Shown here in pieces: positions 27,856 through 38,273 of a DNA stretch of 64,000 nt. The stretch spans positions 94,178,001-94,242,000 of the forward strand of contig OZ024742.1 of assembly GCA_964016885.1 (NCBI GenBank). Reading direction: 5' to 3'. Both the position numbers and the translations under genes were made by a program. Within the stretch, counting starts at the first letter, position 1. Every line of letters starts with the position of its first letter. The notes below the pieces were generated by a model. That model was not told the origin of the DNA. It did not search any database and worked only from the letters and a program-made list of their open reading frames with translations. The DNA is from Eledone cirrhosa. Lineage: Eukaryota.

Positions 27856-28682
27856 TTTCTTTATTAACCACAAGGGTTTACATAAAGTAGACATTAAGGA
27901 CAGTGCAGGACAATGCAGGACGGTACAAATGGGCATTTCTGCATGTAAAAAACAAAAACAGAGGATGTAACAAAAAAATAACAATGAAAATAACAATGAA
28001 AAATTCCCCAATAGGGGGGAGACTTCGGAGGGACATTTGTGGAGAAAGCCCAGTAAAAAGCCACAATGACCTGACCACCAAGGCAAGTGCCCTCTCCCAG
28101 TTTTCCACCTTTAATTTACAGATATATACTCAGAGTAGGCCCATTCACTCGGGCCATTCTTGCTTCTCTCACCCATCTTTCAACAAAATGCTGGGAAGAG
28201 AGCACTTCCCTCTCTACTCTGATTTTCCTTTTCAAATGAAATTTGCACACCTGTTTCGTCGCTGTCGTCGTCGTCGTGGAGAAACCTTGCACGCTTTGCA
28301 CGAGACTTTTCTTTTCTTTCGTCACTTGCGAAAGAGAAGGGAGGGAGAGAGACACATTTAAAGAAGGGAGGGAGAGAGACAATCTTCTCTCTGCTGTAGT
28401 GATGATTGAGGAAGAAGAAAACGGAATGAGTGGGAGTGACGTATGAAATTTCTTTTTCGTAGCCATGTTGTTTTTTTGTTTAAAATGAAATTTTGGGTAC
28501 AAAACCCCAATAACTGGTTATTTAACCCCGAAGGGCCAAATAACGGACAGAAAGACCCCTCTCACGAGGAGGAGGGTGTCTTTATCAACAATTTGGTTCA
28601 AGTTTTAAACAATTTACAATTGTTTTAACGGTTAAAAATTACTATACCTTACAGAGCCGAGCCTCCGTCAACCATGGCATTC
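27854..28682 (-). mobile_element. Bipartite non-autonomous Tx1 derivative (5' end joined to 3' end) in (AAT)n
   Basis: 27854-28245 matches Tx1 28716-29095 and 28246-28682 matches Tx1 34010-34450; (AAT)n on both sides. Confidence 0.9.
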
Positions 28683-28717
<35 letters not shown>

Positions 28718-28965
28718 TTTCTTTATTAACCACAAGGGTTTACATAAAGTAGACATTAAGGACAGTGCAGGACAATATAGGACGGTACAAATGGGCATTT
28801 CTGCGTGTAAAAAACAAAAACAGAGGATGTAACAAAAAATAACAATGAAAAATTCCCCAATAGGGGGGAGACTTCCGAGGGACATTTGTGGAGAAAGCCC
28901 AGTAAAAAGCCACAGTGACCCTGACCACCAAGGCAAGTGCCCTCTCCCAGTTTTCCACCTTTAAT

Positions 28966-31900
28966 TTACAGATACGTACTCAGAGTAGGCCCATTCACTC
29001 GGGCCATTATTGCTTCTCTCACCCATCTTTCAACAAAGTGCTGGGAAGAGGGCACTTCCCTCTCTACCCTGATTTTCCTTTTCAAATGAAATTTGAAAAA
29101 GTTAATCAGGGCTTCACCGAAGAGGTAAGTGCTCGACTTCAGCCCTTTCAACCGTGTCCACCATACTATCTCTTTCGCCATGGCCACCAGACAGATAAAA
29201 ACTGCCTGCCCTTCCCGGCTAAAGGAAGAGGGCGGGGCAATCCTCACGATGTACCCAGCTGATAGCCGGATCCGTCCTACACGCGACAGCAGGTGTTCGA
29301 CATAAACCCACAAGTCAGCAATTTTCGGACACTGGACGAGTGCCTGCAGGACGGTTTCGTCGCCCTGCGCGCATCACGGACATGCCTGGCTGACGGCACC
29401 TCCATGCCTGTAGAGTTTATCCCGAACTGGCAAGGCTCCTCGGTAGCACTGCCGGGCCAGAGATTTCTGGAAGTTGTCCATAGGTCACGGCCCGAAAGTT
29501 CTTCCGAAGAGATTGGCTAGTTGATTTTCGTCGACGCCTAGAATTTCCCCAAGTACGTCGTCGCTCTTCCCGTCCACTAATCCTCTATAGAACGCCTAGG
29601 TGGAGTTTCAACCGATCACATTGCCCGATTGGTCGAGGGCTGTGAGCGCCTGAAGACATTCCAGTCTCCAGGCGCTCCCTCTTGGTCTTCGCTTGACCCA
29701 GGACTGCAGCTCCGTCAAGGAAACGAGCTGGGGAAATACGTGTCTAGCAAACGGCGACCACACCTGATCACCGTCGAGGAAGAGGTGGAGATGTCGTAGC
29801 CTGAGCGCGTGTCTGCGCATCATCAGCCACGCCAAGCCCAGCCCTCCACGTAGCGGGTGTTGACAGCAGATGGACCGCCTGACCATCGGAGCGCGTCCCT
29901 TCCACAAAAAGCGAAAGAGCAAACGCTCCAGCGCAGTCAGGCGGGGCTTAGGACAAGGTACGACGGTCAGGCGGTAGCAGATGACAGACGCGATGTACGC
30001 GTTAGCCACCTCCGCTCGACATTTCGGGGATAGCTTCCTCTCCGCCCATTTCTGGGTGAGAGAAGCCACCCTGATCGTCACCTCGTCCCAGTTTTTGTCC
30101 GTCTGGAGGTCCGGACCGAACCAGACCCCTAGCAATTTAACCGCACCGTCCGTCCAGCGTCCGACGACGCTGTTGGACGGCATGGACCTGCCTCTCCAGG
30201 TGCCGAGCTGCAGGCCCACTGACTTTTCCTGGTTGATCATTGTTCCTGTCACCGCTTCGTATTCCCTTAGTGTAGTGCCGATCGCCTCGACGTGTTTGGC
30301 GTTCAACACCACTACGGTGATATAGTCCGCATATACTGACACGGATCTTCCGCATCCTAGTTCGTGCGGGACGCCCCTCAACGTCTCCAGTTTGTGCAGT
30401 AATGGCTCGAGAGTCAATACGTACAAGAGGGACGAGAGGGGATATCCTTGGCGGACCGAGCGCATGATGTTGAACGGTTCCGACAGGTGACCGTTCACTC
30501 TCACCACAGAGCAGATGTCGCTGTGCATGGCAGCGATCCAGCCTCTGAGGACGGGCCGAAAGCCAGCCGCCCTCAGGACTGCCGCTAGGTAACGATGGTC
30601 GACCCTATCGAAAGCTTTCGACTGATCTAAATTGATCAAGGACCCACCGGTGCCAGGTTTCCTAGCTACCCTCTCTACGATGTATCACATGAGGTGGAGG
30701 TTGTCGTGGATGGATCTGTCGGGAATGGCGCATGTCTGCGCCTCTCCCACCAGACCACCAACGACAAGCGCCAACCTCTTTGCTAGCACCTTGGCCAAAA
30801 TCTTGAACTCTATGTTTAGCAGAGTTATGGGCCTGAAATTATCTATGTTATCCCCCTTGTTCGGATCCTTTCTCAGCAGTGCCACCGCTCCTCGGCTCAC
30901 AGATCTGGGAATTCTCCCGTTCTGTTGCGAGTTGCAGTAGACGTCCGCCAAGAGGCCTCCGAACAAGTCTGGCATCTGTACGTAAAGTTCATAGGGTAGA
31001 CCATCCAAACCAGGCGATTTACCCCTTGTGCAGCTAGTCATTGCCTCCCGTACTTCAGCGGCTGTTATCGGCTTTACGCAAAACTCCGCCTCAGTGGCCG
31101 AGAGCCGCGGCAGTCCGTCGAGGTAGACACAAAAGTCCATCCCTCGACCCGGCCCACTGCTGCCCCCGAACAGCTGAGCGAAGTGTCGCTGAAAAGCTTC
31201 ACATATTTGCCCGGGATCGACCAGCATGCGCCCGTCGTGGTCAACCAAAGACCGGATCGTGGCTTTGTTGCCACGGCGCACCTCCGACACTCGGGCCCAT
31301 TGAACGGCTTTCGTCCCCTCGTGTCTGAGAGCACGCAACTTAGCTCTGACAACGCAGCCTTCATGCTTTGCATTGAAGAATTGGTCAAGGGCCAATTTCG
31401 CCGCAAGTACGTCGGTCGCGATGCCTTTGCTAAGCGCCTCGTCTAATTTTCTAACTAATTCTCCCTCTATTCTATTTTTCTCTATTGCTAAAGCCTTACT
31501 AAACCTAATGGACTCTATTCTAATTGCTCTTTTCAGAGCAAACCACCACTTGTTGCTGACGATGGCCCCCGTCAACGCCCGCTTAACTAGCTCGCTAATC
31601 CGGTCTCTGTATGCCTTGCGCGCTGGTAAGGACGCGTTCAGCTTCCAGTAGCCGGGTCCTCGTCTATGAAGCCTATCTAAGTCAAGCACACAGATCACGA
31701 ATTTGTGGTCCGTGTAGCTGACTATCTTGAATTGTGGACAGCCTATGCTAGACCTATCTATTTCCCTACAAAATACTCTATCTAGATATGATCTGGATGA
31801 CCCTATGCGATTTGTCCAAGTCCACATTGGCACATTCGGGAAATCCAATCGGTACCTGTCAGACAGTTCGTAGCCGCCGAAGATCGGTGCGAAGGCCCGT

Positions 31901-32034
31901 GCTTGGGAGATTCTGGTCTCGCTGATGGCCACTATATCTATGTTTAGTGACCTGAGGTCGTTGATCAGGTGACCCTGCTTTCATGACGACCCCAAGCCAC
32001 GCGCATTTATGCTGGCTATTCTGAGTGAGGTCAT
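28966..32034 (-). pseudogene. Tx1 ORF2 (APE-RT-CCHC), disrupted
   Basis: 'MTSLRIASINARGL', 'ISET', 'SYLDRVF', 'YTDH', 'GYWKLN', 'KSPGLDGLP', 'NFRPITLLN', 'LDQSKAFDRVDH', 'VRQG.PLS', and YADY in place of YADD; early stop and frameshifts. Confidence 0.9.
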
Positions 32035-32141
32035 GTTTAAAATAGAGTGGAAAAGATGGGAAAGACCACTTACCGTACTTTTCGTAGAGGAAGGATGGTT
32101 TCTCCATCCCTTTTCACTTGATCGTCTGTTGAAGGGACCGT

Positions 32142-34235
32142 TCAATCGTCCCTTCGGCTGGTCGTCGGCTCTTCTATGAGTATGTCCGAATATACTCTCC
32201 GGTTAAGAGTCCCTCCTAGGTCTCTAAAATCACCAACTGCGTTGGGGAATTTCGTTTTAATGTTTGTGTATTGTTTCTGTGCTATTTTTAGCAGTCTTAT
32301 GTTAGTTGGCGTTTTGATTGGTGCTGGTATTATGTAGTCGTGCTGTGAAATGTCTGTGTGTTCAATTATGTAAGTCATTAGTTTCTTGTTGTGTGTATTT
32401 ATTGCCGTGCATTTGTTTGTCTGGGGGTGGGGTGTGGTTCTGCTATTTTCTTGTTGTTGCTGGGTGTGTGTGTTTTGTTGTTGTGTTTGCGATGTTGGTG
32501 CTTGTGGTGGTGGTGTTGAAGGTGTTGTTGTTGTTGGCGGTGGGGTTTTCGCCGGTGGTGATGGTGGTACTAGTGTGGGTGGTGATGGTGTTGGTGGTGT
32601 TGCTACTGTGAGTCTCTTTGCAGTAGCCTTTACCCTTTTTTCATTTCTTTCCTCCCCTTTCGAAGGCGACGATGCGCTGCTTCTGCGTTTGTGCCTTCTT
32701 ACGACGTTTTGCCATCCCTCTCCCACCTCACACTCCATGTCTGATTCTGTGAGGTCGGGGAGGGGTACCAGCTCCACTCTTTCACTTGTTGTTGTTGGTG
32801 ATGTTTGCAGCGGAGTCTCTGTTGCAGCTGCATTTGGTATTACTGTTGTTGTTGTTAATACTTCCACTGCTGCTGCTGTTCTTGATTTCGGTGGCGTGGG
32901 TATGGGTGCCACGGACCTATCGTTCCTGGTTGCCGCTTGTCCTGTTGCTGGTAGCCGTGGAGCCGGTTTCGGAAGGAAGGGGGTTTTCTCCTTTCTCAGG
33001 GTTTCTCGTTGCAGAAGGCCCTGAGGTGAGTCTTCGATCCACAACGAAAACATTTCGAGCGTTTGCCCTCAACACTTATGGGCAGTTGAGTGCCGTAATC
33101 GAAGTCTATCACATCCGGGATAGCTTTGATGCACTCCTGGTTGATTTTGATTAACATCTCAATGGAGGTGCCGACCCAATCTTCTCTTATTCTTTTCTGT
33201 ACTTGCAGTACAGTTGTTTTGTCCTCGATTCCTACGAGAACAGACGCGGCCAGCCAAGAAGGGGCCATCTCGGGGAGGGGAGGGGGGGGGAGGACGTGGG
33301 TCAGTTTGACCCTCTCAATTTTTTGCCCGCAGTAGGAGGGCACCAACACCATTTCCTCGCTCCTTAGGGTCACTAAGGATTGAGCCTTTGCCTCCTGGGG
33401 TGTGGCAAAAAGCACGTCTACGGTGGCATATTTCTTGCCTCGGGTGATGTGCGTTTTCCGCTGCCACACAGACCCTTAGGCTTTTTGTATTTGAGCCTCT
33501 GTGGCTCTTTCAACCCTACGGGATTTTGTGCTTACTGTACGGTTCGTGACCGTACAGTGCTGTTGGGTTTCGAAAAATTTTTCGGCTGCCTTGCAGATTG
33601 CTCGGTGTCCGGTTTTCGTCGCCATCTTCTTCGCTTCCTCTAATTCCTTATTTGTTATGAGGATGGTTTTCAGGTTCTTTGCGATACCTGCAAACGAGAT
33701 GGGTTTTTCTTTGCTGCTGTTGTTGTTGTTGTTGTTGTTGTCGTCAGAGCTGCTGTTACTTTTGTTGTTGCTGCAGGTACTACGACAACTGCCGCCACCG
33801 CTGTTGCTGTGGTTGTTGTTGTTGTTGTTGCTGCTGCTGCTGTTGTTGTTGCTGTTGCTGCTAATGCTGTTGTTGTTTATGCTGCTGCTGATGCTGTTGC
33901 GGCTGCTACTGTTGTTTTCCTTGTCACAGTTGCTGCTGCTGCTGTTATTACGGCTGCTACTGCTATTATTCATGACGTCAGACGAATGAAATGGGTTTTT
34001 GTATTTTCCGCACACCTCTTTCGTCGTTGTCGTCGTCCTCGTGGAGAAATCTTGCACGCTTTGCACGAGACTTTTCTATTCTGTCGTCACTTGCGAACGA
34101 GAATGCGGGGGGGGGGGGAGACACATTTAAAGAAGGGAGGGAGAGAGACAATCTTCTCTCTGCTGTAGTGATGATTGAGGAAGAAGAAGACGGAATGAGT
34201 GGGAGTAACCTATGAAAATTCTTTTTCGTAGCCAG
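32142..34235 (-). pseudogene. Tx1 ORF1 (gag-like, zinc knuckle), disrupted
   Basis: Pieces 33476..34066, 32996..33469 ('CFRCGSKTHLRAFC') and 32142..33053. The likely start is CTG at 34235 here but ATG at 28466 in the derivative. Confidence 0.75.
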
Positions 34236-34468
34236 TTTTTTTTTTGTTTAAAATAAATATTGGGCACAAAACCCCCAATAAGCGGTTATTTAACCCCGAA
34301 GGGCCAAATAACGGACAGAAAGACCCCTCTCACGAGGAGGAGGGTGTTTTTGTCTACAATTTGGTTAACGTTTTAAACAATTTACAATTGTTATAGGGGT
34401 CAAAATTTACAATATCTTACAGAGCCGAGCCTCCGTCAACCATAGCATTCAATAATAATAATAATAAC

Positions 34469-34504
<36 letters not shown>

Positions 34505-34539
34505 CTAAATAATAATAATAATAATAAAAAACTAAAACT

Positions 34540-37500
34540 AAGTCAGACATTCGAACACTACATTACAATGAAACTTATGCTTATTCATCTCTGGGGCCCT
34601 TTCTGCCTGTGTGTTTGTTTGTTTATGTGTGTTCGTATACAGCGTGGTGATAATGCCACACAAGGGCCAAGTGGAATGGCGGATCCACAGATGGCTATGT
34701 AAACATACATTCGCCAATCCTCGATAAGAGTGTTTAAATATCGAACATAAACAGTTCGAATAACGGTGAAATGGAGACTAGAACGTCATGTGACAGACTC
34801 TCACCCAACAGGTGCCCCCTGGCTCAGCAGCAGGAACCTGACTGTCAACCAAATACTGCTGATGTTGGAGGAAGGAGAAGAAGGAAAGGGGCCAGAACCA
34901 ACTGGACGAAAGAATTGAATAGAACTGTTATGCAATGCTACCTGAAAAGTAACCCCAAGGAGAGGGGCTACAGGAGACGGATGCATAACATCTGGAACGA
35001 GATTGGTTTATTTAAATTAGATGAACAAAAATTGGCCGGGCAGGCTCGGGTAATAAGAACTAATGGGTGGATAAGCGAGCTGGAACTGGAGGAACTGAGC
35101 AGAGAGAATGGCTTGGAGATGGCGGGTGTAGTATGCCAGACAAGCGAGCCGGTGGGAAATGAAGGTGAGGAGGTCCTGAGAACGGAGGAACCACCCGAAG
35201 CAGACAATGATCTGAGTACTGAGATAAATAATACCTGGAACAGAGATACGGCCACTGAGGAGATGAATGCTGACGGGCTAGGACAAGATTCGGTTGACAT
35301 CCTAAATTTAGTGGTAGATGAATTGAACAATGATAGTGGGAGACCTATGAACCTAAGATTTGTAGACAGGAAAAAGTTAAAAGAAACAACAGCTAAGGTA
35401 AACAAAGTCATCCCATACCTTGAGGCGAGGAGCCTTCACCAGTGCAACAATATCCTCAGAGCAACAGCAAATACGGTGAGGAAACTACTTGGTATAAAAG
35501 CGAGAGGAAACAACAGACAAGAAAGAGCAGAGCCGTGGTGGAAGAAGCGACTGAGTGGGCAAATCGGGGAAATGAGAAATGACATAGGAAAGCTTGAGTC
35601 ACTACTGAATGGGACACTAAAAAACATAGGCACTAAAAATAGACTGGAAATAAAATACAAAACTAGGAGTAAAAAGCTAAATATTATCATAGAGGAATTG
35701 AAGCAACGCATTGTAGCAAAGAGTGCAAAAATCAGGCGATACGAGAACAGAGTCAGTCAGTATAAACAGAACCGCATGTTCGACAACAACCAGAAGATGC
35801 TGTTTGGACAGCTTGAGGGCAAGGAAAGAGGCAACGACTTGATCCCTGGGGCGGAGCAAACTAAAACATTCTGGAGAGGAATATGGGAGCAGGATGTTAG
35901 ACACAATGCCCAGGCAGGGTGGATTGAGACAGTACAGAGGGAGATTGGTGAGCAGGCACAGCAACAGACTGATTTGAGTATCACAGTTGAAACTCTTAAG
36001 GGGCAAGCCAAAAAACTAACCAACTGGAAATCACCAGGCCCAGATGGTGTGCAGGGGTATTGGATTAAACATCTAACATCCCTCCACCCGAAGCTGACGG
36101 CCATGTTCAATGACTGCTTGGTGTCGGGTGAGGTGCCAGAGTGGTTGACAAAAGGTACCACAGTTCTGATAATGAAAGACCGAATCAAGGGTAATGATGC
36201 TACCAACTATAGACCTATCACATGTCTGCCCGTAATGTGGAAACTGTTGACGAGCATTGTGTCTGAGGAAATCTACCATCACCTCCACACAAACAACTTG
36301 TTACCGGACGAACAGAAAGGATGCCGAAAGAAGTCACGTGGTACAAAGGACCAGTTGCTTATTGATAAGATGGTAATGGGGAATTGCAGGAGGAGACACA
36401 CTGATCTTGCCATGGGATGGATAGACTACAGAAAGGCATTTGACATGGTGCCTCATTCCTGGATCACCAAAAGCCTGGAGATCTTCAGGGTGGCAGATAA
36501 CATCAGACAGTTGCTAGGCAGGAGTATGGGGTCCTGGGAGACAGAGTTGACATCAACTGGAGTATCCTTGGGAAGCGTGAAGATCAAGAGAGGTATCTTC
36601 CAGGGAGATAGCCTGTCCCCTCTGCTGTTTGTCCTTGCCCAGATGCCCTTGACCATTATGCTGCGAAAAGTGAGAGCAGGATACAAGTTGGGAAGGGGAG
36701 AGCTTACCATCAATCACCTCCTCTTCATGGACGATCTTAAGCTCTTCGGGAAAAGTGAGAAGGAGTTGGATGTGCTTGTTGACACTGTCCGTATTTTCAG
36801 CAGTGATATATGTATGCAGTTTGGTATTGGTAAATGTGGAGTCATTGTGATGAAGAGGGGTAGGTTGAGCAGAAGTAACGGGATCCAGATACCAACAGGT
36901 GAGATGATAAAGGAAATTGACTCTGAGGAAGGATACAAGTATTTGGGCGTTCTGGAGGCTGATGGCATAAAGAACAAAAAAAAGAAGGAATTGTTAAGAA
37001 CTGAATACATTCGGAGAGTAAGGAGCGTATTGAAGTCACATCTGAACAGCAGAAATGCCATAAGCGCAGTAAATTCCCGAGCTGTGTCTATTATTAGGTA
37101 CAGTGCGGGAATTCTGAGATGGAATGTTGCTGAACAGAAAGAAATGGATAGGAAGACTAGGAAGCTATTGACTATCTACAACATGTTCCACAAGAGGAGT
37201 GATGTCGATAGACTCTACCTAAGGAGATCTGAGGGTGGAAGAGGTCTTATCAGCATAGAGGACTGTGTTCAGATGGAGAAAAACAACCTATACAAATACG
37301 TGACCTATAGTAAGGAGTCAATGCTCAGAGCTGTACTGAAGGAGGGGACAGTAGGCCAGGGGATGTCCAGGGAGGAAATAACATCAAGGAGGAAGAGCAG
37401 CCTTAAGGGAAAACCCCTTCATAGTACCTTCTTTGAGAAAACTGAATTTAGAGATCCACAGACATGGAACTGGTTGAGAAGAGGAGACCTCAAAAAGGCT

Positions 37501-38237
37501 ACAGAAGGAATGCTAATGGCTGCGCAGGAGCAGGCCCTCAAAACGAAGTGGTTGAAGCACCATATCTACAAGGAGGAGGCCAGCCCACTGTGCAGGATCT
37601 GTGGAGAGAGAGAGGAGACTGTGGCTCACATTGTGTCCGAGTGTAAACACCTAGCCCAAACCCACTATAAGGGCTGGAGACACGATGTGATGGGCAGGGT
37701 GATCCACTGGCACCTGTGCAAAGTAAACAATCTACCACATTCTGAGAAATGGTATGAGCATAGGCCAGAGGCGGTGATGGAGAACAATCAGGTGAAGGTG
37801 CTGTGGAATTTTAGGATACAGACGGACAAAAAACTGGAACACAATAGACCTGACCTGGTGGTTGTGGACAAAGAAAAAAGATCGTGCCTGATTGTGGATG
37901 TGGCCTGCCCGTTCGACACGAGAGTGCAAGAGAAGGAGAGGGAGAAAATTAACCGATACCAGGACCTAAAGTGGGAGGTGAAAAGGATTTGGAACTGCCA
38001 TGAAGTCAAAGTGATCCCGATTGTCATAGGTGCACTGGGGACTATCTCCAAAAGTTTCCAGGGATGGTTAAAGAAAATCGGCCCCTTCACGCTTTTTGGA
38101 ACGCTTCAAAAGGCATGCTTGCTTGGAACAGCAAGAACCCTCCGATACGTCCTGAATATCTGAGGCTGCAGGTAGTGGCTTGATATTCAATCCAACGGAC
38201 TTTCCAGTTAACCAACATCAATGACTGAGATTCAAGG
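34540..38237 (+). mobile_element. Apparently full-length R4/Dong-clade LINE in (AAT)n
   Basis: Single long ORF with short UTRs, (AAT)n on both sides. Dong elements are known to target TAA repeats. Confidence 0.92.
34771..38163 (+). CDS. Intact 1130-aa retrotransposon protein: RT, CCHC knuckle, restriction-like endonuclease
   Basis: 'WKSPGPDG', 'NYRPITCLP', 'WIDYRKAFD', 'GIFQGDSLSPLLF', 'LFMDDLK', 'YKYLG', 'CRICGEREETVAHIVSEC', 'RPDLVVVD..VDVACP..EK..RY'. Confidence 0.95.
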   Translation: METRTSCDRLSPNRCPLAQQQEPDCQPNTADVGGRRRRKGARTNWTKELNRTVMQCYLKSNPKERGYRRRMHNIWNEIGLFKLDEQKLAGQARVIRTNGWISELELEELSRENGLEMAGVVCQTSEPVGNEGEEVLRTEEPPEADNDLSTEINNTWNRDTATEEMNADGLGQDSVDILNLVVDELNNDSGRPMNLRFVDRKKLKETTAKVNKVIPYLEARSLHQCNNILRATANTVRKLLGIKARGNNRQERAEPWWKKRLSGQIGEMRNDIGKLESLLNGTLKNIGTKNRLEIKYKTRSKKLNIIIEELKQRIVAKSAKIRRYENRVSQYKQNRMFDNNQKMLFGQLEGKERGNDLIPGAEQTKTFWRGIWEQDVRHNAQAGWIETVQREIGEQAQQQTDLSITVETLKGQAKKLTNWKSPGPDGVQGYWIKHLTSLHPKLTAMFNDCLVSGEVPEWLTKGTTVLIMKDRIKGNDATNYRPITCLPVMWKLLTSIVSEEIYHHLHTNNLLPDEQKGCRKKSRGTKDQLLIDKMVMGNCRRRHTDLAMGWIDYRKAFDMVPHSWITKSLEIFRVADNIRQLLGRSMGSWETELTSTGVSLGSVKIKRGIFQGDSLSPLLFVLAQMPLTIMLRKVRAGYKLGRGELTINHLLFMDDLKLFGKSEKELDVLVDTVRIFSSDICMQFGIGKCGVIVMKRGRLSRSNGIQIPTGEMIKEIDSEEGYKYLGVLEADGIKNKKKKELLRTEYIRRVRSVLKSHLNSRNAISAVNSRAVSIIRYSAGILRWNVAEQKEMDRKTRKLLTIYNMFHKRSDVDRLYLRRSEGGRGLISIEDCVQMEKNNLYKYVTYSKESMLRAVLKEGTVGQGMSREEITSRRKSSLKGKPLHSTFFEKTEFRDPQTWNWLRRGDLKKATEGMLMAAQEQALKTKWLKHHIYKEEASPLCRICGEREETVAHIVSECKHLAQTHYKGWRHDVMGRVIHWHLCKVNNLPHSEKWYEHRPEAVMENNQVKVLWNFRIQTDKKLEHNRPDLVVVDKEKRSCLIVDVACPFDTRVQEKEREKINRYQDLKWEVKRIWNCHEVKVIPIVIGALGTISKSFQGWLKKIGPFTLFGTLQKACLLGTARTLRYVLNI

Positions 38238-38273
38238 AATAACAATAACAATAATAATAACAATAATAATAAT

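Larger units (their letters stand above)
28716..34450 (-). mobile_element. Near-full-length Tx1/L1-clade LINE in (AAT)n
   Basis: 5'UTR, ORF1 with CCHC knuckle, ORF2 with APE, RT and C-terminal Cys knuckle; 3' end CCTTGTGGTTAATAAAGAAATC followed by (ATT)n. Confidence 0.92.

Noticed and set aside
34801-38090. Antisense and alternative-frame ORFs over the Dong and Tx1 elements
   Set aside because: Shadow ORFs of the retrotransposon coding frames with no independent motifs.
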